Of a stretch of 6,955 nucleotides of DNA, positions 1-6,285 are shown in pieces. Numbering within the stretch: position 1 is the first letter of the stretch; each line of letters begins with the position of its first letter. The position numbers were made by a program, and so were the translations under genes. The notes below the pieces were generated by a model that was not told where the DNA came from, ran no database searches, and worked only from the letters and a program-made list of their open reading frames with translations. The DNA comes from a virus (lineage: Duplodnaviria; Heunggongvirae; Uroviricota; Caudoviricetes), in the IMG/VR virus record IMGVR_UViG_2684622618_000019, one strand, 5' to 3'.

Positions 1-98
1 CCCAGGCGAACCAGCACCTCCGCACACGGCTGTGCCACATCACGGATATCCCCGGCCCGGGCATCATGCGTGCCCTGCAGATATCGGATCTTTGCCAT
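1..98 (-). CDS. hypothetical head-region protein, N-terminal 32 codons only (continues beyond window start)
   Basis: ATG at 98-96 on the minus strand, open in frame to position 1 (MAKIRYLQGTHDARAGDIRDVAQPCAEVLVRL...). Lies directly downstream of the capsid gene. No family recognised; the only strong SD is about 31 nt upstream, separated by a hairpin. Confidence 0.35.
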   Translation of the reverse strand, partial: MAKIRYLQGTHDARAGDIRDVAQPCAEVLVRL

Positions 99-106
99 AA
101 CCTGTT

Positions 107-128
107 ACGGGAGGCGCACGCCTCCCGT
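107..128 (-). other. GC-rich stem-loop between capsid stop codon and next start codon
   Basis: Minus-strand RNA ACGGGAGGC-GUGC-GCCUCCCGU: 9-bp perfect stem, 4-nt loop. No U-tract follows, so not a canonical terminator. Confidence 0.5.
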
Positions 129-142
129 CCTCCTTATCAGAC

Positions 143-2080
143 TCAGCCGCCGGACGCACTGCCGTAGTTCACTCCGGTGATCACCGCCACCGCCGCAGTA
201 CGGCGACGACGCCAGTTGATCCAGCGCTCCGCACGGATGGCCACGCTGCCTGTCTGGAACATGGAAACCAGCTCCACCGGGGACGGCGTGGTACTGTCGC
301 CGCCCGGCTCAGACTGCATTTCCAGTGATGCCTCGCGGGACATATCCACTGCCACGCCGCCGTCATCCGCCAGATAAATATCCGGGGCATTCACCAGCAC
401 CAGCTGGTCACCCACGTACTGGGAGACAATCACCGGCAGCCCCTGGAAGGAGCCACCCAGCAGGGTCATGTCCGGGTATTCCTTCTGACCCAGCGCATTT
501 TTACGCATGGACAGTGCCAGGGCATTGGTGCTGGACATCAGCCAGACCGCACCGGTGGGCTGCAGGTTTGCTGCCACAAACTGTCCAAACGCAGCCTCGG
601 CATCCGCATCCGGGTTACCGGTTGATGCCGTGCCCTTCACATCATGGGTGATGGACGCCGGGGAGACATCTGCCACTGCGGCTTTTTTCGGGTCCACAAA
701 GTCTGTATCCAGACGCGCCACCACCGCTTCCGCCAGCGCATTACGGACCAGTGCATCAGCAGCCGGACTGGAAAAACGGATCAATTCTTCCGTCAGTACC
801 GCAATGGCCGACACCTTCGCATGACTGAAGGTGATGGATTCAAAATCAAACTTCGTCAGGGGTTTTGCCTTACCCTCACCCACCCAGCCGGCAGCACCGC
901 CGGACACCTGGGCGTGCACACGGATATTGAATGGCACCTGACGAAGTGCAGGGATCCCGCCCTGACCAAATCGCCCGATAATGGTCTGCGGACGCAGGTA
1001 ATCAATAAAGTCCTGTGCGTATTCCTGATATTCAGACAGGCTGCCTGCCCACTGCGGATCCGTGGTGGTCCCCGCGCCCACTGCCGATTTCAGGACATGA
1101 TGCAGACGACTGTCATCCGGATACTGACGACGGGCCACTTCCAGGGCTTCAGATCGGACGCCTTTAGCCGCAGCCAGCGATTTGGCAAAGCGGGCGAAGC
1201 CAATCCCCTTATCCAGTTTCTGCTCCACACGGATCACCGGCGCAGAAGCCACCGCGGCCACATTCCCGTTACCGGCCTGTTTCACCGGCTGCGCCGTGGC
1301 GGCCTTACCGGCTTCCAGTTCACGCAGGCGCTTCAGGTGCGCATCCACCTGACGGATTTCCGCTGCGGTGTTGTCGTAATGCTCTTCCTCCTCCACATCC
1401 AGCGTGCGCCCTTCCTCTGCGGCTTTGGTCATGACCTCCTCAAGGGAGGCTGCCAGCGCTGCACGCTTGTTTTCAAAACTTTTAATCTGTTCGCCAATAT
1501 TCATTATGGTCTTTTCCTTATGAAAAACGGTTGTTGACTGTGCCGCAGCGCCGGCAGAAGATGCGATTTTCACCACCGGTTTCCGGTTGCCGGACGCGGC
1601 AGAAAACGGGCGGTCGTAAGATTTAATGGTCCGGATGGTGCATTCCGCATTCGCGGGCACGGTGACGGCAGACACCTCCATCAGTTCCCAGCGCAGAAAA
1701 TGCAGTCCGCCTCCGTCCAGAAAGGTGTATTCATGGGGACGGAAGCCCACGGACAGCCCCCTGACCAGCCCGGTCTTAATGGCCGCCCAGACCTCATCCA
1801 GCCGGGCAGCCAGTTGCGACGGCATATCCGGTACGGGCTTCACCAGTGTTGCCGTGATTTCCAGCCCTTCGCTGACCCGGCGCACCGTACACTGCCCCAC
1901 CGGGCGGGAATGGTCATGCTGCCAGAGAAACGGGATCGCACTGCCAAACTCCGCGCCCTCCGGCTCCAGGATGTCACCATCCCGATCCGGAGAAGGCGTT
2001 GACGCAATCCCGGTGATCACCCGTTCATCCTCACTGAAGGATTTCACCGTCAGCAGGGAACAGGCCCGTTTAAGAGTCAC
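143..2080 (-). CDS. prohead protease / major capsid protein fusion (HK97-like)
   Basis: 645-aa ORF with GTG start at 2080 preceded by AGGAGG at 5-nt spacing. The N-terminal ~190 aa carry a prohead-protease-like His region (LWQHDHSRP) and a Ser about 54 residues later (VRGLSVGF). From the internal Met at codon 193 (ATG 1504-1502, AAGGA 10 nt upstream) the sequence has a coiled-coil delta-domain-like start (MNIGEQIKSFENKRAALAASLEEV...) followed by a long HK97-fold-like capsid body. One uninterrupted reading frame. Confidence 0.8.
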   Translation of the reverse strand: MTLKRACSLLTVKSFSEDERVITGIASTPSPDRDGDILEPEGAEFGSAIPFLWQHDHSRPVGQCTVRRVSEGLEITATLVKPVPDMPSQLAARLDEVWAAIKTGLVRGLSVGFRPHEYTFLDGGGLHFLRWELMEVSAVTVPANAECTIRTIKSYDRPFSAASGNRKPVVKIASSAGAAAQSTTVFHKEKTIMNIGEQIKSFENKRAALAASLEEVMTKAAEEGRTLDVEEEEHYDNTAAEIRQVDAHLKRLRELEAGKAATAQPVKQAGNGNVAAVASAPVIRVEQKLDKGIGFARFAKSLAAAKGVRSEALEVARRQYPDDSRLHHVLKSAVGAGTTTDPQWAGSLSEYQEYAQDFIDYLRPQTIIGRFGQGGIPALRQVPFNIRVHAQVSGGAAGWVGEGKAKPLTKFDFESITFSHAKVSAIAVLTEELIRFSSPAADALVRNALAEAVVARLDTDFVDPKKAAVADVSPASITHDVKGTASTGNPDADAEAAFGQFVAANLQPTGAVWLMSSTNALALSMRKNALGQKEYPDMTLLGGSFQGLPVIVSQYVGDQLVLVNAPDIYLADDGGVAVDMSREASLEMQSEPGGDSTTPSPVELVSMFQTGSVAIRAERWINWRRRRTAAVAVITGVNYGSASGG

Positions 2081-2090
2081 ATCAGCCTCC

Positions 2091-2119
2091 TGAAAATAAA
2101 AAAACCGCCGCAGCGGTTC
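2091..2119 (-). terminator. candidate intrinsic terminator or attenuator between terL and the protease-capsid gene
   Basis: Minus-strand RNA GAACCGC-UGCG-GCGGUUU followed by UUUUAUUUU, starting about 25 nt after the terL stop and running straight into the SD of the next gene. The stem is short (4 GC pairs plus A-U and G-U). Confidence 0.45.
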
Positions 2120-2143
2120 ATGATGGTTACAGTGTGAACAGGG

Positions 2144-3805
2144 TTATATGAAAAAAACCGCATATTCTTTCTTTTTCGGTTCCGGGTTAAGGGACATCAG
2201 GGAGACCGCATTGAACAGCGCCATCAGCGGGTCAATTTTTCCCCGTCCACTGGCCTGTTTGGTGATAAGAATGGCGTTACCTTTAGGCTCCACCCGGGCA
2301 TTGCCGACACACCAGGCCATCAGGGGCTGGTCACCATGCACCAGCACCCCTTCAGCCAGTTTGCGCTCGGTGGTTTTAATGGCCCCGCCCAGTTTCCAGC
2401 CCTGGCTTATCCCCACCACAATTCCGTCGGGGATCCCGGCTTCCGCCAGTGAATCCAGAATCTGCCCCACCCCTGACGGGTCAATACCGATATGGTCCAG
2501 TAACTCAGCCTCATGAATGCGACGCACATATTCCGCCACTTCCGCCGTGTCATCCCCGACACGCCGGACAATGGTCATATCTCCACAGGCAACAAGATCC
2601 TGAAACCGGGACGCCTCGCTCTTCCGTCGGACCACCGCGGTTTCATGCGCCCAGGCATGGCCCCAGCCCAGCCATTCGCGGGTTTCCCTGTCACGGCCAA
2701 TCACGTACATTCCCAGCAGATCATCCAGGCCCCCGCCGTCAATCCCCACCGTCACCACATCAGCGCGCTGCAGGATATCGTCCAGGCTGACGCGCCTGCC
2801 CTGCTGCTCCCAGAAATCCGCACCCGCCCAGCGGTCAGAACGCAGGGCAAGACCAATTTCCACATTGGCATGTTTTGACATGAAGCCACGAAATGCTTCC
2901 TCACCAGCCTCCCGGGCTTTACGGTACTCCCGGTACAGAAAAGCCTCATCCACCGAATAACCGAGATTCGGGTTAACCATGGCGAGGTTTTCCATCAGCA
3001 GGTGAGCCCCGCTTTCCACCATTTCAGGAGGATGCTCAAAAATCACCGGCAGAAAGTGCGGATCATGAATTTTGCCGTCACGGACATCCCGGGCGTACTG
3101 CAGTTTCTGTCTGAACACCCCGGCTGGCGGCTCATTCGACTGGGTGGTCGTATACACCACAAACCCTTCCGGGCGGGAGGCAAGGCCGCCTATGGCTTCA
3201 CGTAACATGTCCTCCGCTTTGTACTGCTTGCCAAATAACCACAGTTCATCAATCAGCGTCCCCACGGACTTGATACCGGATACCGTATTCGGATCGGCAG
3301 CCACCACCTTCAGGGTGGTGTCCGTCACCCTGTGGGTGATGGTCCGGATATGTGTCTGCACCTGACAGAGGTCATCCAGATCATCGTCCCGTCGTACCAT
3401 ATCCCTGGCAGGGTTGAAGGCGTTAGCCGCCACCTCCACGGTCGGGGCCAGAATGGTGTAGCCCGCCGCCTGCCGCCAGTTCAGTAACAGCGCCGTCATC
3501 ATGATCCCGGCAGCCAGCGTGGACTTGCTGTTTTTCTTGGGGATAAGGATAAAAACTTCCTTGATATGGCGTACACCGGTCTGCGCATCGTAGGAGCCAA
3601 ACAGGGCCGCCACCAGGTCAAACACCCACTGTGCGCAGGACTCCCCGAACGTCGGGCTGCCCGGTGCATCCACAATCCGCAGTTGTTTAAAAATCGCCAG
3701 GGCATGTGCGGCCTGCTCCGGATAAATCGGAGCCGGAATAATCGACAGCCCCTTTTTCAGGCGCTCTGCCCAGTCCGGGCAGGCCGTGCTCCACACAGGT
3801 ATCAT
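2144..3805 (-). CDS. terL: terminase large subunit (Terminase_1 / HK97-type)
   Basis: 553-aa ORF. ATPase-type motifs IPKKNSKSTLAAG and LIDELW, nuclease-domain motifs VGIDGGG and KIDPLMALFNA. ATG 3805-3803 overlaps the terS stop as ATGA; GAGGG SD upstream. Confidence 0.9.
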   Translation of the reverse strand: MIPVWSTACPDWAERLKKGLSIIPAPIYPEQAAHALAIFKQLRIVDAPGSPTFGESCAQWVFDLVAALFGSYDAQTGVRHIKEVFILIPKKNSKSTLAAGIMMTALLLNWRQAAGYTILAPTVEVAANAFNPARDMVRRDDDLDDLCQVQTHIRTITHRVTDTTLKVVAADPNTVSGIKSVGTLIDELWLFGKQYKAEDMLREAIGGLASRPEGFVVYTTTQSNEPPAGVFRQKLQYARDVRDGKIHDPHFLPVIFEHPPEMVESGAHLLMENLAMVNPNLGYSVDEAFLYREYRKAREAGEEAFRGFMSKHANVEIGLALRSDRWAGADFWEQQGRRVSLDDILQRADVVTVGIDGGGLDDLLGMYVIGRDRETREWLGWGHAWAHETAVVRRKSEASRFQDLVACGDMTIVRRVGDDTAEVAEYVRRIHEAELLDHIGIDPSGVGQILDSLAEAGIPDGIVVGISQGWKLGGAIKTTERKLAEGVLVHGDQPLMAWCVGNARVEPKGNAILITKQASGRGKIDPLMALFNAVSLMSLNPEPKKKEYAVFFI

Positions 3806-4365
3806 CCGTTGCCCTCATTATCATTATTCACCACCAGGCGGGGTGGTGGTGGCACCGCAAAACGGTTAGCCGCTTTTTTCGCCGCGTCACCTTTTGCCGA
3901 TTTTTTACCGGCATCCCCTTTTTTGTGGTGCGTGAACTGCGCCAGCTTATAAGCCGCATCCAGCGCCAGCCTGGGGTCGGTATTAATGTTCTCCACCAGA
4001 AGACGCCCCATCGCTTTCACCGGATCGGGAAGACCGTCCTCCATATACTCAATACCAGGAGATATCACCACGGGCGGTGGCATCTCCGGATTTGTTTCGT
4101 CCGGCTGTGGTATTGCAGCCGCCTCACGGCGACGGGGTTTATCCTCCGGCTCTGATTTTTTCTGCCGATAAACAGGAACCTCATCCACCTCCACCGTCTC
4201 GCACTGTTTACGGGCTATAAACGCAAGCACCTCCGGATCTTTTGCCAGCTGCGAGCCTTTAACCCTGGCTGTCTTCGCCGAATAACCGGCGGCAAGGGCT
4301 GACGCTGTTTTGTTTTTCCCGGACATGAGCGCCAGCGCAAATTTTCGTTTTTGCGTTGTCAGCAC
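3802..4365 (-). CDS. terS: terminase small subunit (Terminase_2-like N-terminal DNA-binding region)
   Basis: 187-aa ORF with GTG start at 4365 preceded by GGGAGGAGG. N-terminal motif KRKFALALMSGKNKTASALAAGYSAKTARVKGSQL is typical of this terS family. Translationally coupled to terL by a 4-nt overlap. Confidence 0.8.
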   Translation of the reverse strand: MLTTQKRKFALALMSGKNKTASALAAGYSAKTARVKGSQLAKDPEVLAFIARKQCETVEVDEVPVYRQKKSEPEDKPRRREAAAIPQPDETNPEMPPPVVISPGIEYMEDGLPDPVKAMGRLLVENINTDPRLALDAAYKLAQFTHHKKGDAGKKSAKGDAAKKAANRFAVPPPPRLVVNNDNEGNG

Positions 4366-4439
4366 AGCCTCCTCCCGGGTCCAGAACGCACTCAGCCGGG
4401 TATGGTTCAGCCCATTTTTCCCGGCGTCTCATGCCGCAA

Positions 4440-4563
4440 ATGTTAACTGCTGCCTGGTTAACATTTGCTGAAAAAGCCTGTTAACATTTTTTCCGCACAA
4501 CAAACTGAATAATAAAGATAAAAACCGCAAAAATGCCCGGGCAGCCAGTTAACATGTTAACTG
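4440..4563. promoter_or_regulatory. array of CAGTTAACAT-type half-sites including an 18-bp perfect palindrome; candidate terminase recognition (cosB-like) region
   Basis: Half-sites at 4440-4447 (ATGTTAAC), 4457-4464, 4480-4487 (GTTAACAT) and the perfect palindrome CAGTTAACATGTTAACTG at 4546-4563. All sit in the 289-bp HNH-terS intergenic region. Confidence 0.35.
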
Positions 4564-4654
4564 CCCTGAAACGGGAATTTTTTCTCTGCGTGAGAGGGGG
4601 CGCGGTGTCCAGGGCGATCGTTTTTTTTCGCCGGATGATCCCCCCCGGGTCTGG

Positions 4655-5020
4655 TCACAGGCCAGTGATTCCGTCGGCCCTGAGCGTGCCATCAGGAAGC
4701 TCAGGCAACGTCGGATCAGGCATACCACTCGCCGCTTCACTCGCTGACTTCTGGCGATGGCATTCAGTACAGAGGGTCCAGAGGTTCGTCTCCTCATTAC
4801 CACCACCGAACTGAAGTGCAATGCGGTGATCGAGTTCACTGTCACAAAGGTCAACCACGCGTCTACAGAGACAACAGTGTCCGGCATCCCTCCGCCAGAT
4901 ACGACGTTTGAGGGAAACCCGGGCACTGCCACTGACACGACGCTGTTCCCCCCTCAGGACATTTATCCGCCGGGTGTTCAGAGTTTTGATTCTGCCCGGT
5001 AACGTACGAAGCACAGCCAT
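4655..5020 (-). CDS. HNH endonuclease (phage packaging-associated)
   Basis: 121-aa ORF; HNH core HCCLCRRVVDLCDSELDHRIALQFGGGNEETNLWTLCTECHRQK. ATG at 5020 with GAGGA 6 nt upstream. Position immediately upstream of terS is typical of HK97-like cos phages. Confidence 0.85.
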   Translation of the reverse strand: MAVLRTLPGRIKTLNTRRINVLRGEQRRVSGSARVSLKRRIWRRDAGHCCLCRRVVDLCDSELDHRIALQFGGGNEETNLWTLCTECHRQKSASEAASGMPDPTLPELPDGTLRADGITGL

Positions 5021-5061
5021 GTAAAATCCTCGCCATATAGCTTGTCACCAGAGGAAAGAAA

Positions 5062-5289
5062 ATGTCATCGAAAAACCGGCCCCGCAGAACAACAACCCGC
5101 AACATCCGATTTCCAAACCAGATGATTGAACAAATTAACATCGCTCTTGACCAGAAAGGTTCAGAAAATTTTTCTGCGTGGGTCATTGAATCTTGCCGCC
5201 GGGAGCTGGCAGCAGACATAAAATATGCCCGTCAGTTGACTATAAAAAAGAATGATACACAGTATGCTCTGCGATGGCTGTTCATATAA
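5062..5289 (+). CDS. YlcI/YnfO-like small protein (DUF3950-like), copy A
   Basis: 75-aa ORF, ATG 5062 with GAGGAAA SD. The core NIALDQKGSENFSAWVIESCRRELA is conserved at protein level with the fragment at 5738-5848 despite many synonymous nucleotide differences, which argues for real coding. Family name is from memory of E. coli prophage YlcI, not a search. Confidence 0.7.
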   Translation: MSSKNRPRRTTTRNIRFPNQMIEQINIALDQKGSENFSAWVIESCRRELAADIKYARQLTIKKNDTQYALRWLFI

Positions 5290-5420
5290 CTATTTCTTTA
5301 TATTGCTGAATTTATAAAAACTCACAGACATTAGCTGTATTAATTCCGAATTGAAATAATCAGCCATATAGAATAAAAATAAAGCATAACAATAATAATC
5401 TTCTACCCAATCAGTACATT

Positions 5421-5452
5421 ACTGCTGTGACTCCAACACGGCAGTTTTTTTA
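5421..5452 (+). terminator. intrinsic terminator (plus strand)
   Basis: ACTGCTGTG-ACTCCAA-CACGGCAGT (9-bp stem with one G-U) followed by TTTTTTT; about 130 nt downstream of the YlcI-like gene. Confidence 0.6.
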
Positions 5453-5468
5453 TTGAACAGATTCCAGT

Positions 5469-5642
5469 TTCTTCCACCATCGCACCGGACGGGCGACCAT
5501 GAGGGGAGAACGCCGCGCTCCGTTTACGCGGTAAACCCCGGTGTGTATCGTTTTTGATTATCCCCGCACACTCTCGCAGAGGAGTCTCCCTGTCGGGCTG
5601 CGGTCTCTGTTAATGCAGGAATACGGCGACGATACGGCGCAT
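5469..5642. repeat. 174-bp conserved non-coding element, copy A
   Basis: Direct repeat of 6286-6459 with 9 mismatches in 174 bp (about 95% identity). Flanking sequence on both sides is unrelated between copies. No reading frame is conserved between the two copies. Confidence 0.9.
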
Positions 5643-5651
5643 CAGCAAAAC

Positions 5652-5687
5652 TTAGTTCAGGCACTGAGTGCGGATATAGTCCTGTGC
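5652..5687 (-). CDS. 3' end of a second Rz-like i-spanin gene, truncated by the gap
   Basis: Minus-strand translation ...AQDYIRTQCLN-stop (TAA at 5654-5652) parallels the C-terminus of the Rz at 6723-6955 (...LQEYIRTQCIN-stop); the nucleotide stretch 5662-5684 matches 6733-6755 at 22 of 23 positions. Confidence 0.55.
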   Translation of the reverse strand, partial: AQDYIRTQCLN

Positions 5688-5737
5688 NNNNNNNNNNNNN
5701 NNNNNNNNNNNNNNNNNNNNNNNNNNNNNNNNNNNNN
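5688..5737. other. run of 50 N: assembly or scaffold gap of unknown true length
   Basis: Exactly 50 N. Genes on both flanks are truncated by it and cannot both fit into 50 bp. Confidence 0.95.
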
Positions 5738-5848
5738 AATATCGCCCTTGAACATAAAGGTTCCGGTAACTTTTCAGCGTGGGTTATTGAAGCCTGCAGA
5801 AGAAGGCTGTCAACAGAGCGTTCGGGTATGAATTACATAATTAAGTAA
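5738..5848 (+). CDS. YlcI/YnfO-like small protein, copy B, C-terminal part only (5' end lost in gap)
   Basis: Frame starting at 5738 gives NIALEHKGSGNFSAWVIEACRRRLSTERSGMNYIIK-stop (TAA 5846-5848), matching the core of the 5062-5289 protein. No in-frame start exists in the visible sequence left of the gap. Confidence 0.65.
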   Translation, partial: NIALEHKGSGNFSAWVIEACRRRLSTERSGMNYIIK

Positions 5849-5977
5849 CATGGTGTTCACAGAACACACAGTTACCGGACACATCAGTTTTCCATTCGTC
5901 CCCCGGCAGTACAGGCTTCCCGTCTGACGGGATAGCCTGAAAAAACACAGAAAATTATTTGTTATAATTAATATAAC

Positions 5978-6118
5978 TTACTCAAAAAAAAGCGACGAGA
6001 AAATCAGCATCAACGAGCAATAAGCGCCAATACGTGATAACAAATGGCAGCCATATTTATCTGCAGTATAAGCAATGGACAGGATAACCACACCAGAAAC
6101 CGTCAGCATAAAATCCAT
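5978..6118 (-). CDS. 46-aa hydrophobic small protein (candidate membrane peptide); not in the supplied ORF track
   Basis: ATG 6118-6116 with GAGGAAG 8 nt upstream, TAA at 5980-5978. Product MDFMLTVSGVVILSIAYTADKYGCHLLSRIGAYCSLMLIFSSLFFE has two hydrophobic stretches. Sits in an AT-rich insert present only in copy B of the module. Confidence 0.4.
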   Translation of the reverse strand: MDFMLTVSGVVILSIAYTADKYGCHLLSRIGAYCSLMLIFSSLFFE

Positions 6119-6285
6119 TTGAACTTCCTCGGACAAAATCGACTCATCTAAAGATTTACAGCTCTTTTTATTATCAATATGTTAAAAGTAAAATAAACAG
6201 ATGTTCAATAATACGAATACAAAAACGTGCTGAAAATCAATGAATCCATTTCTGTGTTATCAATTAATAGTGATAAACATCCGGC

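Noticed and set aside
177-2093. Plus-strand ORFs from the track inside the capsid gene (177-377, 325-651, 507-824, 644-1537, 1626-2093, 1700-2002)
   Set aside because: They are antisense to a strongly supported 645-codon gene, have no SD-like sequences that I checked, and give low-complexity Arg/Pro/Ser-rich products typical of antisense frames in GC-rich coding DNA.
2148-3952. Plus- and minus-strand track ORFs inside terL and terS (2148-2516, 2449-2790, 2513-2878, 2752-2949, 3002-3205, 3072-3365, 3499-3705, 3566-3952, 3925-4155, 3986-4171)
   Set aside because: They overlap the terminase genes on the opposite strand or in an alternative frame, and have no recognisable motifs.
4490-4555. 24-codon hydrophobic minus-strand ORF starting inside the 18-bp palindrome (ATG 4555)
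   Set aside because: No SD, and it overlaps the putative protein-binding array; most likely a chance ORF in AT-rich sequence.
4533-5219. Track ORFs 4533-4814 (+), 4549-4938 (-), 4757-5002 (+) and 4863-5219 (-) overlapping the HNH gene, the cos-like region and the YlcI-like gene
   Set aside because: The HNH frame carries the full HNH motif and a good SD, and the YlcI-like frame is conserved in a second copy. These competing frames have neither and are probably chance ORFs.
5469-5642. The 174-bp element as the cos site (copy A contains GGGCGACC, reminiscent of lambda cosN GGGCGGCGACCT)
   Set aside because: The resemblance is partial and lost in copy B (CCAGCGACC). The element is separated from terS by the YlcI-like and HNH genes, whereas HK97-like phages place cos between HNH and terS. 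Kept only as a low-probability alternative.
5541-5831. Track ORF 5541-5831 (+, 96 aa) translated through the N-run
   Set aside because: It crosses 50 unknown bases, so the frame relation across the gap is meaningless. The left part lies in the conserved element where the same frame stops early in copy B, and the right part is in a different frame from the YlcI-like reading.
5912-5939. Strong stem-loop CAGGCT-TCCCG-TCTGA-CGGGA-T-AGCCTG as a transcription terminator
   Set aside because: It is followed by an A-run on the plus strand and has no U-tract after it on the minus strand, so it fits a canonical intrinsic terminator in neither orientation. It may still be an RNA stability element.
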